Positions 16,432-24,466 of a stretch of 33,901 nt of DNA are shown here, in pieces. The position numbers were made by a program, and so were the translations under genes. Source of the DNA: a virus (lineage: Duplodnaviria; Caudoviricetes). Where the stretch lies: positions 1 to 33,901 of the IMG/VR virus record IMGVR_UViG_3300020043_005745; one strand, 5' to 3'. Positions within the stretch are counted from its first letter, which is position 1, and the number at the start of each line of letters is the position of its first letter. The notes beneath the pieces are model-generated. The model searched no databases. It was not told where the DNA came from and saw only the letters and a program-made list of their open reading frames with translations.

Positions 16432-16814
16432 AAATACCTCGCTAGTTTCTTTTTAAGTTCCGGGCTGGCGTTCTTGCTTACAAGCAGGGTTGCCTTGCCA
16501 AAGGTCTTTTTCACCATCGGGGTTGCGTTGTTCATCATGTCCAAAAGTCTTTCCCTATTCTCAAGGACGGCCCGACAATATGCTACAGGCTCCTCTAGGT
16601 CTTGCATGGCCGACCAACCTTGCTCCCACTTGTCTATGATTTTACCCCCTAGGCCGCTTGGAACATCGCTAAAAAAGAAGGTGCAGGATTTTTTGTTCCC
16701 GTTGTCCGCATCCTCAATAATGACAAAAGGCTCGCTTTGCCTAAAGGGAATGCCAAAGGAGCAAAGAACGCTGGCGAGTTTAAGATTCTGGGTGTATAGG
16801 ATTTTTTCTTGCAT
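16428..16814 (-). CDS. hypothetical protein
   Basis: 128-aa ORF with an ATGA overlap to the chaperone gene. Confidence 0.7.
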   Translation of the reverse strand: MQEKILYTQNLKLASVLCSFGIPFRQSEPFVIIEDADNGNKKSCTFFFSDVPSGLGGKIIDKWEQGWSAMQDLEEPVAYCRAVLENRERLLDMMNNATPMVKKTFGKATLLVSKNASPELKKKLARYL

Positions 16815-16835
16815 AGGATTTCAAGTTTAGGCTTT

Positions 16836-17189
16836 TTAGCTTATGCCATCGTATCGAACTGCCGTGAAGCTGACCTGCTCAAAATTATCCGCGCTTCTTG
16901 TGCGGGTGACTTCTGTAACATAGGCCGCCCCGGTAACTCCAAAGTTAGAGCCATTCGCCACGGTTACGCTTGCCCCAATGCTTGAGGAGAATGTTGTGTA
17001 AGCACCCTCAACGCTATGAGTGGTTTTCTTATTTCTAAAGCAAACAGCGGTGATGTCACCGTCTTTGTTTTTAAGTTCAACCGCATCGGAGGAGGCGGCG
17101 GCGGAACTTGATTGAACCACCATCCCTGTTTGGGAATTTGGGATTCCAAAACTTGTGTCAGTTGAATTGCCGATGATTGTTGCTGGCAT
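16836..17189 (-). CDS. putative tail tube protein, paralog 2
   Basis: 117 aa, S/T-rich beta protein, aligns along its length with 17194..17547. Confidence 0.6.
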   Translation of the reverse strand: MPATIIGNSTDTSFGIPNSQTGMVVQSSSAAASSDAVELKNKDGDITAVCFRNKKTTHSVEGAYTTFSSSIGASVTVANGSNFGVTGAAYVTEVTRTRSADNFEQVSFTAVRYDGIS

Positions 17190-17193
17190 AAAA

Positions 17194-17547
17194 TTAGCTG
17201 TTTAAGAATGGGTACTTGGTTGCCGAAATATCGAAGGTTTGAAAGCCATCCACGGTTTGCGAAGAGCTAACATCCGTAACATGATAAGTTCCAGTTGAAA
17301 CAGCCGTTGCGTTGGCGGTAAGCCCAAGAGTCGCCCCAATGCCGGAGCTGGGAGCCGTGGAGCTACTTCCGCTTAAAGAGATGTTGATTCTGCGGTTTGA
17401 AAACGCAACGGCGGAATGAGTTCCGTCATGCTTTGAAATCTCAGTCGTTTCCGCCGTGTCGGTTGATGTAAAGTTTTGGACAACAACGCCAGATTCCGCT
17501 GACAATCCAAAAACAACCGTAGATAATCCGATAGTAGTTGCGGCCAT
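17194..17547 (-). CDS. putative tail tube protein, paralog 1
   Basis: 117 aa with a strong SD (AAGGAG), upstream of the chaperones. Confidence 0.6.
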   Translation of the reverse strand: MAATTIGLSTVVFGLSAESGVVVQNFTSTDTAETTEISKHDGTHSAVAFSNRRINISLSGSSSTAPSSGIGATLGLTANATAVSTGTYHVTDVSSSQTVDGFQTFDISATKYPFLNS

Positions 17548-17577
17548 TTCAAAATCTCCTTTATGTCAAATTTTAAC

Positions 17578-17811
17578 TTAAGGATGTCCTAGAAGCCTGT
17601 TTTTGATGATCTCCCAAGCGGCGGCAAGCACCCCAAAGACAATGGTGGAAACAAGCCAAACCCTGCCCTTAAGTCCATGAGCCTCTTGCTCAATCCTGTC
17701 CATCTTGCTTTTATGGTCGGTGATTAGTTCAAGAATATAGGCTTGCCGGGTTTCCATTCTGGCAACCCTTTCCCTTATCTCGATTAGGACACCATGATCG
17801 TCTTGGCTCAT
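17578..17811 (-). CDS. small coiled-coil protein with C-terminal TM (holin/XhlA-like)
   Basis: 'IEIRERVARMET...RIEQ' followed by hydrophobic 'VWLVSTIVFGVLAAAW'. Confidence 0.55.
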   Translation of the reverse strand: MSQDDHGVLIEIRERVARMETRQAYILELITDHKSKMDRIEQEAHGLKGRVWLVSTIVFGVLAAAWEIIKNRLLGHP

Positions 17812-17948
17812 ACTTCACAATCCTCTGCGCCTTCACAAATTCTAACGCATTCAGAGCCGTCAGAGTCTATAAAGCGTTCGATGTAGCCCTCGGCCTCCAA
17901 GTATTCCAACGCCGCAAGGAAGTCGCTGTATGTATAGGCCGCACTCAC
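17808..17948 (-). CDS. small acidic hypothetical protein (46 aa)
   Basis: Hand-translated from GTG: MSAAYTYSDFLAALEYLEAEGYIERFIDSDGSECVRICEGAEDCEV. Fills the gap exactly, with an ATGA overlap. Confidence 0.55.
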   Translation of the reverse strand: MSAAYTYSDFLAALEYLEAEGYIERFIDSDGSECVRICEGAEDCEV

Positions 17949-18098
17949 TCACTTCTTGCTTTCGGTTAGCTGTTCCTCAATCGCCTGCGCTATCGGCAAC
18001 GCTAGGACGGAGGCGTTTAGTCCCCCAGCTTTCACGGCGAGGTCAAGCAGTTGCATGGTGTTTTTGGCCTGCTCTTCGGTGATGGTGATTTGTTTCAT
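17949..18098 (-). CDS. small protein after fibre gene (possible fibre chaperone)
   Basis: MKQITITEEQ...LLDLAVKAGGL. ATG lies 5 nt after the fibre gene stop. Confidence 0.6.
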   Translation of the reverse strand: MKQITITEEQAKNTMQLLDLAVKAGGLNASVLALPIAQAIEEQLTESKK

Positions 18099-18102
18099 AA
18101 AC

Positions 18103-18873
18103 TTATGGCCAAGTGGAGATGGCAACACGCTTCCAAGTGTTTGTGGCGGTACAGATGTAGATGTAGTCAGCATCCCAACGGATGCTTCCCTCGGTTCCAG
18201 TCGAATTGTTTGCCGTTGGAACGCCTGTCGGTGCAGACATTCTAAAATTGCGGACAATTAAATCACGGAATGTTCCAGCAGTTGTTCCGTCATTAACCTC
18301 AATGACTCCGGCTGCATTTCTATAAAATCCGCAATCTGCTGTAGTCATGCTGGATGTGCTATTAGCCCAAGCAATTCCTCTATTTGAAAAAAAGCTCAGC
18401 GTTCTAGTTGCTCCTCTCCAGTTAGAAGCACCTATTTCAATTCCCATCACAAAATCAACATAGTCTCTCCTAAAGGACACAATATTTCCACCACCCGCAC
18501 CTCCGTTTATAGCAAAAGGAGTCCCGGATGCATTAGGAAGCAAAACTTCAATCCCCCTTGCTGTTCCCGTTCCAGCCGCTCCATTTCTTACATCAAATGA
18601 ATACACATTGTTCACAGAATTAAACTTAATATCCATCCGCTCATAATTAGATGAATCTGTATATGTATTATAGATTCGAAATGTTTGTGAGTTTGTAGAA
18701 TTTCTTTGTTCCAACAGGTTTGTTCCGCCAAAAAGAAAACCGCTCGTTGAAATCTGAATCGATGTAGTAGCTTCCAGCGTTGTAAATTTACCCGTGTTGG
18801 GCGTGGTGTTGCCTATCGCTGGCGGACTTGCCAGATCCACGCTCGCCCCGCCGCCGCCGAAGAAGCCGCCCAT
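18103..18873 (-). CDS. fibre/spike-like structural protein
   Basis: 'PPAIGNTTPNTGKFTTL' and C-terminal 'GSIRWDADYIYICTATNTWKRVAISTW' are typical of phage fibres. Confidence 0.75.
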   Translation of the reverse strand: MGGFFGGGGASVDLASPPAIGNTTPNTGKFTTLEATTSIQISTSGFLFGGTNLLEQRNSTNSQTFRIYNTYTDSSNYERMDIKFNSVNNVYSFDVRNGAAGTGTARGIEVLLPNASGTPFAINGGAGGGNIVSFRRDYVDFVMGIEIGASNWRGATRTLSFFSNRGIAWANSTSSMTTADCGFYRNAAGVIEVNDGTTAGTFRDLIVRNFRMSAPTGVPTANNSTGTEGSIRWDADYIYICTATNTWKRVAISTWP

Positions 18874-18898
18874 GTTAGAACGCCTCCGGCGTTTGAGG

Positions 18899-18926
18899 GA
18901 TTGAGGATTGTGGATTGGGGATTGTG
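18899..18926. repeat. heptamer tandem repeat (GATTGNG)x4
   Basis: gattgag gattgtg gattggg gattgtg, with adjacent hairpin AACGCC-TCC-GGCGTT at 18879-18893. Confidence 0.8.
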
Positions 18927-18940
18927 GGAGCAGTCATCTC

Positions 18941-20068
18941 TTACGCTTCCAAGATCGTGAAGTTTGAGGCCGTCACGCTGGACAAAATCATCACCGCCCC
19001 TGTGGGGATGTAGCTGGATTCAAAGGTGATCCCCGCCCCTGCGGTGAGCTGAATGCCCTGTGTGGTGGTGGGGGTGAAGCCGATGCCCACGGTGATGACA
19101 TTCGATCCTGTCGTCACATTCTGAATAAGCAGATATTTGCGGTTGGCGTTGGTGACGGCCGAGGTCGCAAAGGCGGTGTTTGCGGTGGTAGGAGTTCCAA
19201 AGCGGGTGGTCAGCGAGCCGTTGGGCATGGAGCCGACCGTCACCGTGCCGGAGATGGGAAAGGTGTTGGAAGGTGAAAGACTAGCCCCACCTCCAATATT
19301 TTTAATATTAACATTTAATGAGTCATCTCCGCTATCATATACAGGGCTAATCCCAATGGCTATATCTGGCAACGAGCCAATAGTGACGGAGTTGCCGACT
19401 GTGACTGAGCCAGCCCAAACTTGAACTGGGAAAGGTTTATTTTCAGAAGCCAAATATGAAAGACTTGAATCCGTAATATCTGCAGGAAATGCAACCCCAA
19501 CTCCATAAACCAGCGGTGTGCCACCACCGCCTTCACCCATCCATTGATATCCTCCAACGATCTCTGGGGATAATTTAACCCCATCTACCACATTCGCCGT
19601 TACCGTACCGCTAATAGCAGGGAGCGAGCTGATAGTGACGGAGTTGCCGATGGTGACTGTGCCGGAGATGGGGAGAGGCTGAGATGGATTAACAAATTTA
19701 TAATCCCCATCATAGTAACCAAGCTGAACCCCCAAATTAGGCTCTATACCACTAGCATCAGAGGCGATTCCTCCTTGGGCATTAGTAAAGGCTTCATTTG
19801 CAAGATTCGCCGTCACCGTGCCCGCCACGGTTTGGGTGGAGGGGAAGTTTAGGACGGATATCGAGCCTGTAACTGCACCAAAGGTCGTGCTTTGAGATGC
19901 AGGGAAGTTGGAGACAGAAACAACGCTTCCGCTAACTGCCGAAGTGATATTGGCGATAGCATTCGCCCCAAGGCTTACAACGCTATGGGCTACAATATGC
20001 TCCCCTCCTGTGACTACCGAGGAAAGCGTGGTTGCTGTCTGGTTTCCGTCTAAAACTGGAAGTGCCAT
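18941..20068 (-). CDS. fibre-like structural protein with internal repeats
   Basis: Repeated 'PISGTVT', 'GTVTAN' and 'GNSVTI.SLP'. The C-terminal 'NRKYLLIQN...GIQL..G' resembles a beta-sandwich. Confidence 0.7.
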   Translation of the reverse strand: MALPVLDGNQTATTLSSVVTGGEHIVAHSVVSLGANAIANITSAVSGSVVSVSNFPASQSTTFGAVTGSISVLNFPSTQTVAGTVTANLANEAFTNAQGGIASDASGIEPNLGVQLGYYDGDYKFVNPSQPLPISGTVTIGNSVTISSLPAISGTVTANVVDGVKLSPEIVGGYQWMGEGGGGTPLVYGVGVAFPADITDSSLSYLASENKPFPVQVWAGSVTVGNSVTIGSLPDIAIGISPVYDSGDDSLNVNIKNIGGGASLSPSNTFPISGTVTVGSMPNGSLTTRFGTPTTANTAFATSAVTNANRKYLLIQNVTTGSNVITVGIGFTPTTTQGIQLTAGAGITFESSYIPTGAVMILSSVTASNFTILEA

Positions 20069-20086
20069 TTGATTTTACCTTTCTTG

Positions 20087-20575
20087 TTAAATTGCCCCAA
20101 TATACTGAGAGTTGCGATGGTCGTTGAATTGAAGGGCGGCAATATATTGAGCCGGGAAAAGCCTTGTTCCAATAATTGACAGATTTAAGCCCCTTACCCA
20201 AGCCCTTTTATCTGTTCTGATGGTTGGCGTTTGGCTGGTAATCCTCGCCATATAAACCTTGAGAAGCGTGGTTTCGCCTTCAATCCTAGAGGCCAAGGTT
20301 TCCGATTCCTCATAAAGAGACGCAAAAACCTCAAAATAATTAGATTCAAAAGTTGTTTGATTTGTCCTAACGGCTGAATCTGAATAACTTAATTCAACTG
20401 AAATCTCAAAAACCCCGGATGCCGGGACGATAAGCTGACTTCCAATCTGCGCCCTAATCGTGGCATAGGGGAAGAATCTTGCCCCTCGCCTATTTGAAAC
20501 ATACACATTAAGCCCTGTTATTGGCGTTAAAAGCCCCGCCAAGGCATCCTCTACGATGAATTGGGGTGAGGTCAT
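20087..20575 (-). CDS. putative tail terminator/neck protein, paralog 2
   Basis: Aligns with 20572..20982. Start taken at the ATGA overlap. Confidence 0.55.
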   Translation of the reverse strand: MTSPQFIVEDALAGLLTPITGLNVYVSNRRGARFFPYATIRAQIGSQLIVPASGVFEISVELSYSDSAVRTNQTTFESNYFEVFASLYEESETLASRIEGETTLLKVYMARITSQTPTIRTDKRAWVRGLNLSIIGTRLFPAQYIAALQFNDHRNSQYIGAI

Positions 20576-20982
20576 TTGCTGGTGCAACGGATGTCTAGGC
20601 TGGTCGTTTTAGTCCAAATCCGCCTATCTGTGATGATTCCCGGCGATTCTGCCGTTACCTTGCATTGAAACACCTCTAAGGTTGCCGTTGTTAGGATGCT
20701 TTCGATGGATGGGTCTTGGTAGAATGTTTGAAGAATGGAATACCAAGTCGCATCTAGGTCTGTTCTTGTGGTTGTGTCCGCCCTTGCGGAATAGCTTAAA
20801 GTTGCTGGGCAGAGAAACACCCCAGAAAAAGGAACCAACTCCTCCGAACCTATGGATACTTGAATGACTAGGGACGGCAAAAGCCTTTGGCCTTCGTAAT
20901 CGCTTTTATAGATATTTACCCCCGAAACGCTGATGGCAGAGGCAAGGCTATCCTCTAACTGCCTTTCTATCCCAACGCTCAT
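20572..20982 (-). CDS. putative tail terminator/neck protein, paralog 1
   Basis: 136 aa. Size, position and helix-strand-'LP'-strand pattern are consistent with a tail terminator. Confidence 0.55.
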   Translation of the reverse strand: MSVGIERQLEDSLASAISVSGVNIYKSDYEGQRLLPSLVIQVSIGSEELVPFSGVFLCPATLSYSARADTTTRTDLDATWYSILQTFYQDPSIESILTTATLEVFQCKVTAESPGIITDRRIWTKTTSLDIRCTSK

Positions 20983-20985
20983 TTT

Positions 20986-21303
20986 TTAGGTCGTTTGATC
21001 GGCTATGTCGATTGTGTAGGAAAGGCCGTCTGCGCTTGTGGAATAATTGGCGATCATTCTGCCCTCGCCCCCAATCGTAATCACATTTCCAATCACGGGA
21101 ACCGACACCGCCGTGGAGTCTACGACAAGGCTCTGGGAAACCCGAATAACCTCGCCCCCAACCTCAAGATCGGTGGCGTAGGCTAGGTCAGTAATAGAGG
21201 CCGAAACCGCATTGGAGCCAAGCCCCGTGACGGTTGTGTAAAGATCGTTAATCATCTGCCGAAGGTCGGCAGTAAAGTAAGAAGTGGAAATAGCCCCAGC
21301 CAT
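20986..21303 (-). CDS. putative head-tail joining (head closure, gpFII-like) protein
   Basis: About 105 aa, with 'PVIGNVITIGGEGRMI...DGLSYTI'. Confidence 0.6.
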   Translation of the reverse strand: MAGAISTSYFTADLRQMINDLYTTVTGLGSNAVSASITDLAYATDLEVGGEVIRVSQSLVVDSTAVSVPVIGNVITIGGEGRMIANYSTSADGLSYTIDIADQTT

Positions 21304-21330
21304 ACCCAAGGCTTTTTGTCACCTTGTCAA

Positions 21331-22005
21331 TCAGCCAAGTTCCACGCTATCCCAAAGAAAGATATTGTCATTGTTCCAAGGCTCCATCGTTTGTGGGAAA
21401 TAAACCACTTTCTTCTCTTTCCTAACCCCTGCGGCCAAGGCCATTTGCCCACTATCAATAGACCAGAACTCCGTGGCTCCTCTGATCGCTTTTGCGAGTT
21501 GTGGGATGCTTGCGGCTGTGAATGTGGTAAGGCCGCTGATTTGAACTCCCGGCGGGCAGAGAACAAAGAAGTTTTCGCCCCCTAGTTTTTTTCTAGCCTC
21601 GACAATAATTTGCAGGGGGTCACGCCTGTGCCCTTGGCTTATTCCAAAGGGGGCAACCAAGTTATATTCTTTTGGCAATCCTTCGGCTGGCGATTCGTCC
21701 AATAAATCCAACACAATGTTCTTTTTATCCGCCTTCTCAATTTCTGGGTGACTATAAACAAAGTCCGTCCAAGTCATGTTGCTGTTCCTATAAGCCTCAT
21801 ACTTATCCGGCCACACCTCCAAATTCAAAACATCACCCTGCCTATGCCCAGCCTTTACATAGGAGGTCATTTCAAAAACGCCTTGGTATTGGGCTAGGCA
21901 ATCAAAAAAAACCTCGTGGCCTTGCTCCGATAAATACTTGGCGGCTGGGAGGCATCGAACGATGTCCCCGAGCCTTTGGGAATATTTAATGGTTTTAAGT
22001 GGCAT
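21331..22005 (-). CDS. glycosyltransferase, GT9 (heptosyltransferase)-like GT-B fold
   Basis: 'RLGDIVRCLPAAKYL' and 'LAKAIRGA.EFWSIDSGQMALAAG'. Confidence 0.8.
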   Translation of the reverse strand: MPLKTIKYSQRLGDIVRCLPAAKYLSEQGHEVFFDCLAQYQGVFEMTSYVKAGHRQGDVLNLEVWPDKYEAYRNSNMTWTDFVYSHPEIEKADKKNIVLDLLDESPAEGLPKEYNLVAPFGISQGHRRDPLQIIVEARKKLGGENFFVLCPPGVQISGLTTFTAASIPQLAKAIRGATEFWSIDSGQMALAAGVRKEKKVVYFPQTMEPWNNDNIFLWDSVELG

Positions 22006-22762
22006 CGTCCACCACGCTTCGGTCTTGGATATGGTTAAAAAATCTATTTAAGCGAACTGGCCCGTGGGTCTTTTGTAGTTCTTCCCAAGATTTCAAAAGA
22101 CCAGCGTAACCATAAAAATCTTCCTTAAATGCAACATTGTCTCTTGTGCAGTATGCGTAATGGTTGAATACAAGCCCAAATTCCTCGGTAATCCCACGAG
22201 GGATTCTGCTTGTCTGATGGTTTAGTTGCGGGGGTTCATGGCTAATAAAATGGATGCCCTCACCCCATTTCCACGCTCGATACCATTCATAGGGATAAGA
22301 ACCTAACCCACTTCTACTAACCACAATCTTTTTCCCTATATGGTAATTACAATGAAATTGGGCAACCGTTCCGGCCAGCTTGTCCTTCATTAGCTCATAA
22401 AGGCGAGTCATTTGTTCTGGAGTCCAAAACTCATCAGCATCTTGTTCCATCACAACCCCGCAATCCACGCCCTCCAAAGCCTTGTTCACCATCTCAATCT
22501 TTCCATCGAAAGGCTTATTTTGCCAATAAACAGAGACATTCTTGTGATTTAGATTCTTTAGATATTCATGCGTTCCGTCTATGGAAACATAGTCCTTATG
22601 CCATTTTGCGGGAACTTCCTTGCACCATCTGGTACAGTTCCTTGGGCTAGAAACTCCTTCGACAATGCGCCACCGCCAAGGGATTTGAAGTTTTTGGTAG
22701 GCTTCTAACTTTTTCTCAATATAGGGCTGGCCATTAAGAACGATTGTGAAAATGGTTAGCAT
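21995..22762 (-). CDS. glycosyltransferase, GT2-like
   Basis: 'IFTIVLNGQPYI...SIDGTHEYL...EQDADEFW...HY' with a DxD motif. Confidence 0.8.
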   Translation of the reverse strand: MLTIFTIVLNGQPYIEKKLEAYQKLQIPWRWRIVEGVSSPRNCTRWCKEVPAKWHKDYVSIDGTHEYLKNLNHKNVSVYWQNKPFDGKIEMVNKALEGVDCGVVMEQDADEFWTPEQMTRLYELMKDKLAGTVAQFHCNYHIGKKIVVSRSGLGSYPYEWYRAWKWGEGIHFISHEPPQLNHQTSRIPRGITEEFGLVFNHYAYCTRDNVAFKEDFYGYAGLLKSWEELQKTHGPVRLNRFFNHIQDRSVVDDAT

Positions 22763-23292
22763 TGTTTTACCCAGCATTGTTCCATTGTGATGAATCCAGA
22801 AACGCTTTCATTTACGGCTTGAATAACCCCCGGCCAAGTATGCACATAGTCATGGCCAGCTAGGATTCCGCCTTTTCTGACTTTTGGCAACCAATTTTCA
22901 ATATCTCTTTTTACGGCCTCGTAAGTATGGTCGGCATCTATAAAAACCCCGTCTAGTGAGCCATCTTCAAATAAAGAAACCGCCTCATCCGTTGTCATCC
23001 TATGCGCTTGGTAGTGGCCGTTGAGCGGAGCCATGTTTGCGATAAACTTTTCATATAGCCCATCAGTTAGTCCGGCAGTATGTTCGCCCGATCCAAGCCA
23101 AGTATCCACGATATGAATTTGAATATCTTGGCTTTTGTTCTTTGCCTCAACTACAAGAAAGGCCGAGCTTCTGCCCTTCCAAGCCCCAAGCTCGACAAGC
23201 GTTCCATTGGGGCGGCACTTTGAAACCATGAGCCGATAGACGCCCGGATAGGTGAACCATTGTTCTTCAAAGTTTGAATTTATGTGTTCCAT
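22756..23292 (-). CDS. class I SAM methyltransferase (Methyltransf_24-like)
   Basis: 'VELGAWKGRS...FIDADHTYEAVKRDI..WLPKV..GGILAGHDY'. Confidence 0.9.
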   Translation of the reverse strand: MEHINSNFEEQWFTYPGVYRLMVSKCRPNGTLVELGAWKGRSSAFLVVEAKNKSQDIQIHIVDTWLGSGEHTAGLTDGLYEKFIANMAPLNGHYQAHRMTTDEAVSLFEDGSLDGVFIDADHTYEAVKRDIENWLPKVRKGGILAGHDYVHTWPGVIQAVNESVSGFITMEQCWVKQC

Positions 23293-23861
23293 GTTTTCTC
23301 CGCTATTTCGTTCCACGCCCCGCTTCTTCGGATGGAATAGCCAAGCGAAAGAAGCCTTTTTGTGAGCATGGCGTGATTCTGTCCCTTGGTCGCCAAGCCA
23401 TCAGAGTGTAGAGCTTCAAATTGAATGAAGCCTATTTTGTATTTCTGGAAATCCAAGGCAAGGAGAATATGGGAATCCATACCTTCGGTGTCGATATAAA
23501 GCCTGTCGCATTTTGTAATTTTGTTTTGCCCAAAGAACCTTGGAAGGCTTGTCGCCTTGACCGCAGTCCCCTCGATAATTTTGTGGCCGTGGTAAAGGGT
23601 ATGGTTTGGGATTAGGGACGAATGATGGCTGTCGGGCTCGTTCTTTGGGCTGTAAAGGATTGCGGCTTGGGAGTCATCCGGCACAATGGCAACCTCGTGG
23701 AATTTTGCTTGCGGAATCTCCTTGTAGGTTTCCCTGCATTTTTCAATCGCCTCATGGCTAGGATCAATTAGATGGACTTGGGAAATTGATTCCCTGTTAG
23801 CTAACACAAATTCTAGGCAATCGTCCGCTCCATCATTTGCCCCGATATTTACAACATTCAT
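23280..23861 (-). CDS. FkbM-family methyltransferase
   Basis: 'NIGANDG...LIDP...LYIDTEGMDSHIL...IQFE'. Confidence 0.85.
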   Translation of the reverse strand: MNVVNIGANDGADDCLEFVLANRESISQVHLIDPSHEAIEKCRETYKEIPQAKFHEVAIVPDDSQAAILYSPKNEPDSHHSSLIPNHTLYHGHKIIEGTAVKATSLPRFFGQNKITKCDRLYIDTEGMDSHILLALDFQKYKIGFIQFEALHSDGLATKGQNHAMLTKRLLSLGYSIRRSGAWNEIAEKTWNT

Positions 23862-24466
23862 TTTCTAAAAATGGCCGAGCCATTTCTCCACAAAAGATTT
23901 TGATAAAGGCAGTCAAATCCGTTTGTTTTAAGCCATTGGTAATTGAAAAAATTCTTGATATCATTCACATCGTCCATGGCGATGATTCCGCCTTCTCTCA
24001 GTCTGGGGAACCATTCCGCCATGTCGGATTGGCCGGAAAAAGCACCGCCATCCAAAAGAATGAAATCGGGCTGATCGTCTAATTGGAATGATTCCCATTT
24101 GTATTTGGATGCGCTTGAAAGGTCGATATCCAGCCAGCTTAAAACAAATTCCAAGGAATACATATTAAGATTTGTGCTTACGGTTTGATAGAACTCCCTA
24201 ATTTGGGATTCATTTAGCCATCTTTGCGGATCGCTTGAAAGGCCATGAATTGCAGTCCCGCCGTGTCTCATGGATAAATTCATTCCATGTCTGCCTATGC
24301 GGTCTGGGTGGATTTCAAAACTATAAAGCCTTTTTGTCTTGATGCACTGAGTTGAGCCGTCCCCGGTTCCTCCCCCAATCTCAACCCCACACTCAAGCCC
24401 CGCGCTGTATTTGGCAAGGGCTTGGCCAAATGGGTCGGCAAGCGTGATTTCTTGCATTATTTCCAC
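23858..24466 (-). CDS. class I SAM methyltransferase
   Basis: 'VEIGGGTGDGST...FILLDGGAFSG...IIAMDD'. Confidence 0.8.
   Translation of the reverse strand: MEIMQEITLADPFGQALAKYSAGLECGVEIGGGTGDGSTQCIKTKRLYSFEIHPDRIGRHGMNLSMRHGGTAIHGLSSDPQRWLNESQIREFYQTVSTNLNMYSLEFVLSWLDIDLSSASKYKWESFQLDDQPDFILLDGGAFSGQSDMAEWFPRLREGGIIAMDDVNDIKNFFNYQWLKTNGFDCLYQNLLWRNGSAIFRK

Noticed and set aside
18103-20068. Diversity-generating retroelement or invertase shufflon acting on fibres
   Set aside because: No reverse transcriptase, no adenine-specific TR/VR pair, and no recombinase or inverted crossover sites seen in the window.
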